Source: Macrostomum lignano
Taxonomy: Eukaryota
Length of the DNA: 64,000 nucleotides
Assembly: GCA_002269645.1 (NCBI GenBank)
Contig: NIVC01000261.1
Coordinates: forward strand, 124,001 to 188,000
Direction: 5' to 3'
Within the stretch, counting starts at the first letter, position 1. Every line of letters begins with the position of its first letter. Positions 60,414 through 64,000 of this stretch are shown one piece after another. The notes beneath the pieces were generated by a model. It was not told the DNA's origin. It did no database searches and saw only the letters and a program-made list of their open reading frames with translations. The position numbers and the translations under genes were made by a program.

Positions 60414-61124
60414 GGGCAGAGGCACCTCAGCACCCCAGTTCAAACCAGCTCATACAGAAGAGGCAGGAAGGGACAATGCTGTGCTGTCTGAATTAACCAA
60501 ATAATCTCAGGCCACAGAAATGCTGTCTCACGCAAAAATTCTGCCTCTCCAATGCAGTCTAAAATCATTTTGCGAATATTTGCTCAGACTTGAATGCTCA
60601 TCAGACTGCCAAGCGTGGCTTCTGGGTTTTTTACAATTTTTTAACGCGCGAACATTAAAGACTTGAGCAGCTGTTTGGGCAGACCAAATAATCCTAACAA
60701 CACTGGGAAACACAAAGTCCGAGTTGCTCAGACGTGTCGATAGGTGCATATTTTATTAATATTTATGGATAGTCTAACAGCCGATATGTAGCGTAGAACA
60801 CTTTACACATACGGGAATTTCATTCATCGCAGAATGAATTTCATCTAGCCAATACCCTTCTCGCAGAATTCGAACCCAGGCCATGAAAGCTTAGAAAAAT
60901 AAGTAGAATTTGCACTACAGTTCGAAGGCGCTGGCGTGATCGACAGGGGCATGCCCTGCACCCGTGAGAATCGGTCCCGGCAAGGAAAATTATTTCGGGA
61001 AAATAATAATAAACAAAGGAGAGTTTCCTCCAGGCCGAAATATAGCGAATATCTAGTATATGGATGTCAATCATGCAGATGAATAAATTCTGAGATTGAT
61101 TGCATTCGAAATCATTTATGGAAT

Positions 61125-62120
61125 GAATTGGAATATAATGGATTGCTAATCTAGCCAATATCATGAGATGAATTGGAATAGAATGGATTGCTAATCTAGC
61201 CAATATCATGGAGATGAATTGGAATAGAATGGATTGCTAATCTAGCCAATATCATGGGATGAATTGGAATAGAATGGATTGCTAATCTAGCCAATATCAT
61301 GGAGATGAATTGGAATAGAATGGATTGCTAATCTAGCCAATATCATGAGACGAATTGGAATAGAATGGATTGCTAATCTAGCCAATATCATGGAGATGAA
61401 TTGGAATAGAATGGATTGCTAATCTAGCCAATATCATGGGATGAATTGGAATAGAATGGATTGCTAATCTAGCCAATATCATGGAGATGAATTGGAATAG
61501 AATGGATTGCTAATCTAGCCAATATCATGGAGATGAATCGGAATAGAATGGATTGCTAATCTAGCCAATATCATGGAGATGAATTGGAATAGAATGGATT
61601 GCTAATCTAGCCAATATCATGGAGATGAATTGGAATAGAATGGATTGCTAATCTAGCCAGCATCATGCAGATGAATTGGAATAGAATGGATTGCTAATCT
61701 AGCGAGTATCATGGAGATGAATTGGAATAGAATGGATTGCTAATCTAGCCAATATCATGGGATGAATTGGAATAGAATGGATTGCTAATCTAGCCAATAT
61801 CATGGAGATGAATTGGAATAGAATGGATTGCTAATCTAGCCAATATCATGAGATGAATTGGAATAGAATGGATTGCTAATCTAGCCAATATCATGAGATG
61901 AATTGGAATAGAATGGATTGCTAATCTAGCCAATATCATGAGACGAATTGGAATAGAATGGATTGCTAATCTAGCCAATATCATGAGACGAATTGGAATA
62001 GAATGGATTGCTAATCTAGCCAATATCATGAGACGAATTGGAATAGAATGGATTGCTAATCTAGCCAATATCATGTGATGAATTGGAATAGAATGGATTG
62101 CTAATCTAGCCAATATCTTG
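61125..62120 (+). repeat. 45-46-bp minisatellite (gagatgaattggaatagaatggattgctaatctagccaatatcatg), about 21 units
   Basis: Read directly. Confidence 0.96.
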
Positions 62121-62774
62121 ACATGAATTTGAAAAAAATAGCTGAAAAATGATGTATAAATCTGCCGATTTTATAAGGCTATTTTACTATTTTTCTTAGC
62201 ATTACTATACTTATTTTAAATTGCTAAACTCATTAAACTTCTTTCATAATGTAGCAATTTTCAAGAAACCCAAGTCAGTCGCGAGGCCCCCCAATTTGTC
62301 TAATGAAACGGTGCAGTGCGGTGCTCAAACCACATCGACCTGCGCCGCTGCTTGCAGTTCAGTCAGCTGTGCAGCAAAGTCGCTCTCGCAGCCCAGCAGC
62401 TCAGGCAAGAATTAAAAAAAGCCTTCAAAAATTAGCCGGCTAAGTCTCGACTGCCGCCCCTAACGCTACGTTGAGCTTGCTTACGAAATCAGGCGTAAGA
62501 ACTAACGGACCGTGACCGCAGCTTTACCCCTCTGTAATTATTGCTATAGTATATATGGTGCAAGCCTAATTCTCTGTGGGATCAACACATCAACAATGAT
62601 GCAATGACCCGAGAGAGCTGTGCTTCTCCACAAAATAACACTTGAGCAGCTTTGGACTCAGCATTCTGGACACTTCAGTTCAGGCCATGGGTCTCAAGCA
62701 CTTCCTGGCCTTTGAGGGTCCGCCAAAAGCCGTCAATTTAACTCTGCATCCTAGACCCTGAGAGAGCATCCTCT

Positions 62775-64000
62775 GTCTCACATCCTTAGCAATCAATCTC
62801 ACCCTCTATCTCGCATCCTTAGCAATCAATCTCACCCTCTATCTCACATCCTTAGCAATCAATCTCACCCTCTGTCTCACATTCTTAGCAATCAATTTCA
62901 CCCTCTATCTCGCATCTTTAGCAATCAATCTCACCCTCTATCTCATATCCTTAGCAATCAATCTCACCCTCTATCTCACATCCTTAGCAATCAATCTCAC
63001 CCTCTATCTCACATCCTTAGTAATCAATCTCACCCTCTATCTCACATCCTTAGCAATCAATCTCACCCTCTGTCTCACATCCTTAGCAATCAATCTCACC
63101 CTCTATCTCACATCCTTAACAATCAATCTCACCCTCTGTCTCACATCCTTAGCAATCAATCTCACCCTCTATCTCACATCCTTAACAATCAATCTCACCC
63201 TCTGTCTCACATCCTTAGCAATCAATCTCACCCTCTATTTCACATCCTTAACAATCAATCTCACCCTCTATCTCACATTCTTAGCAATCAATCTCACCCT
63301 CTATCTCACATCCTTAGCAATCAATCTCACCCTCTGTCTCACATCCTTAGCAATCAATCTCACCCTCTGTCTCATATCCTTAGCAATCAATCTCACCCTC
63401 TGTCTCACATCCTTAGCAATCAATCTCACCCTCTGTCTCATATCCTTAGCAATCAATCTCACCCTCTGTCTCATATCCTTAGCAATCAATCTCACCCTCT
63501 GTCTCATATCCTTAGCAATCAATCTCACCCTCTATTTCACATTCTTAGCAATCAATCTCACCCTCTATCTCACATTCTTAGCAATCAATCTCACCCTCTA
63601 TCTCGCATCTTTAGCAATCAATCTCACCCTCTGTCTCACATCCTTAGCAATCAATCTCACCCTCTGTCTCATATCCTTAGCAATCAATCTCACCCTCTGT
63701 CTCATATCCTTAGCAATCAATCTCACCCTCTGTCTCATATCCTTAGCAATCAATCTCACCCTCTATTTCACATTCTTAGCAATCAATCTCACCCTCTATC
63801 TCACATTCTTAGCAATCAATCTCACCCTCTATCTCGCATCTTTAGCAATCAATCTCACCCTCTATCTCGCATCTTTAGCAATCAATCTCACCCTCTGTCT
63901 CATATCCTTAGCAATCAATCTCACCCTCTGTCTCATATCCTTAGCAATCAATATCACCCTCTGTCTCATATCCTTAGCAATCAATCTCACCCTCTATCTC
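62775..64000 (+). repeat. 33-bp minisatellite (ctctatctcacatccttagcaatcaatctcacc), runs off the window end
   Basis: Read directly. Confidence 0.97.

Noticed and set aside
60430-62760. Search for the missing signal-peptide and prodomain exons of the convertase
   Set aside because: No segment on the minus strand gave a recognisable S8 prodomain translation with compatible splice sites; they probably lie beyond the window or were missed.
61125-64000. Regular 46-bp and 33-bp repeats as possible CRISPR arrays
   Set aside because: Units are contiguous with no unique spacers, the context is eukaryotic and there are no cas genes; the same applies to all other arrays.

Overview
Eukaryotic (invertebrate metazoan) genomic DNA; minisatellite-filled GT-AG introns, CAG/Gln-rich exons and a CORE-SINE are reminiscent of free-living flatworms such as Macrostomum, but the species is not established. 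No prokaryotic features, rRNA or CRISPR. Bases 1-15821 contain no recognisable protein domain and form an alternating array of four near-identical 3.0-3.4 kb arms: a 7.6 kb interrupted palindrome, tandemly duplicated through a 6-bp microhomology junction, with a (CA)n/(TG)n-flanked hairpin in each central spacer. The rest holds five spliced genes: a secreted PAN/apple + LamG-like protein (+), a Gln-rich tandem CCCH (TIS11/ZFP36-type) protein (+), an EF-hand + PPP Ser/Thr phosphatase (+), a peptide-type rhodopsin GPCR nested antisense in its largest intron (-), and a furin-like proprotein convertase (-, 5' end not found). It also has two tRNA-derived CORE-SINEs, two MITEs with clean TSDs and about 30 tandem arrays. 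All exon boundaries were inferred by hand from splice dinucleotides and frame continuity. Three single-base homopolymer indels in the phosphatase suggest residual long-read errors, so artefact explanations stay open.
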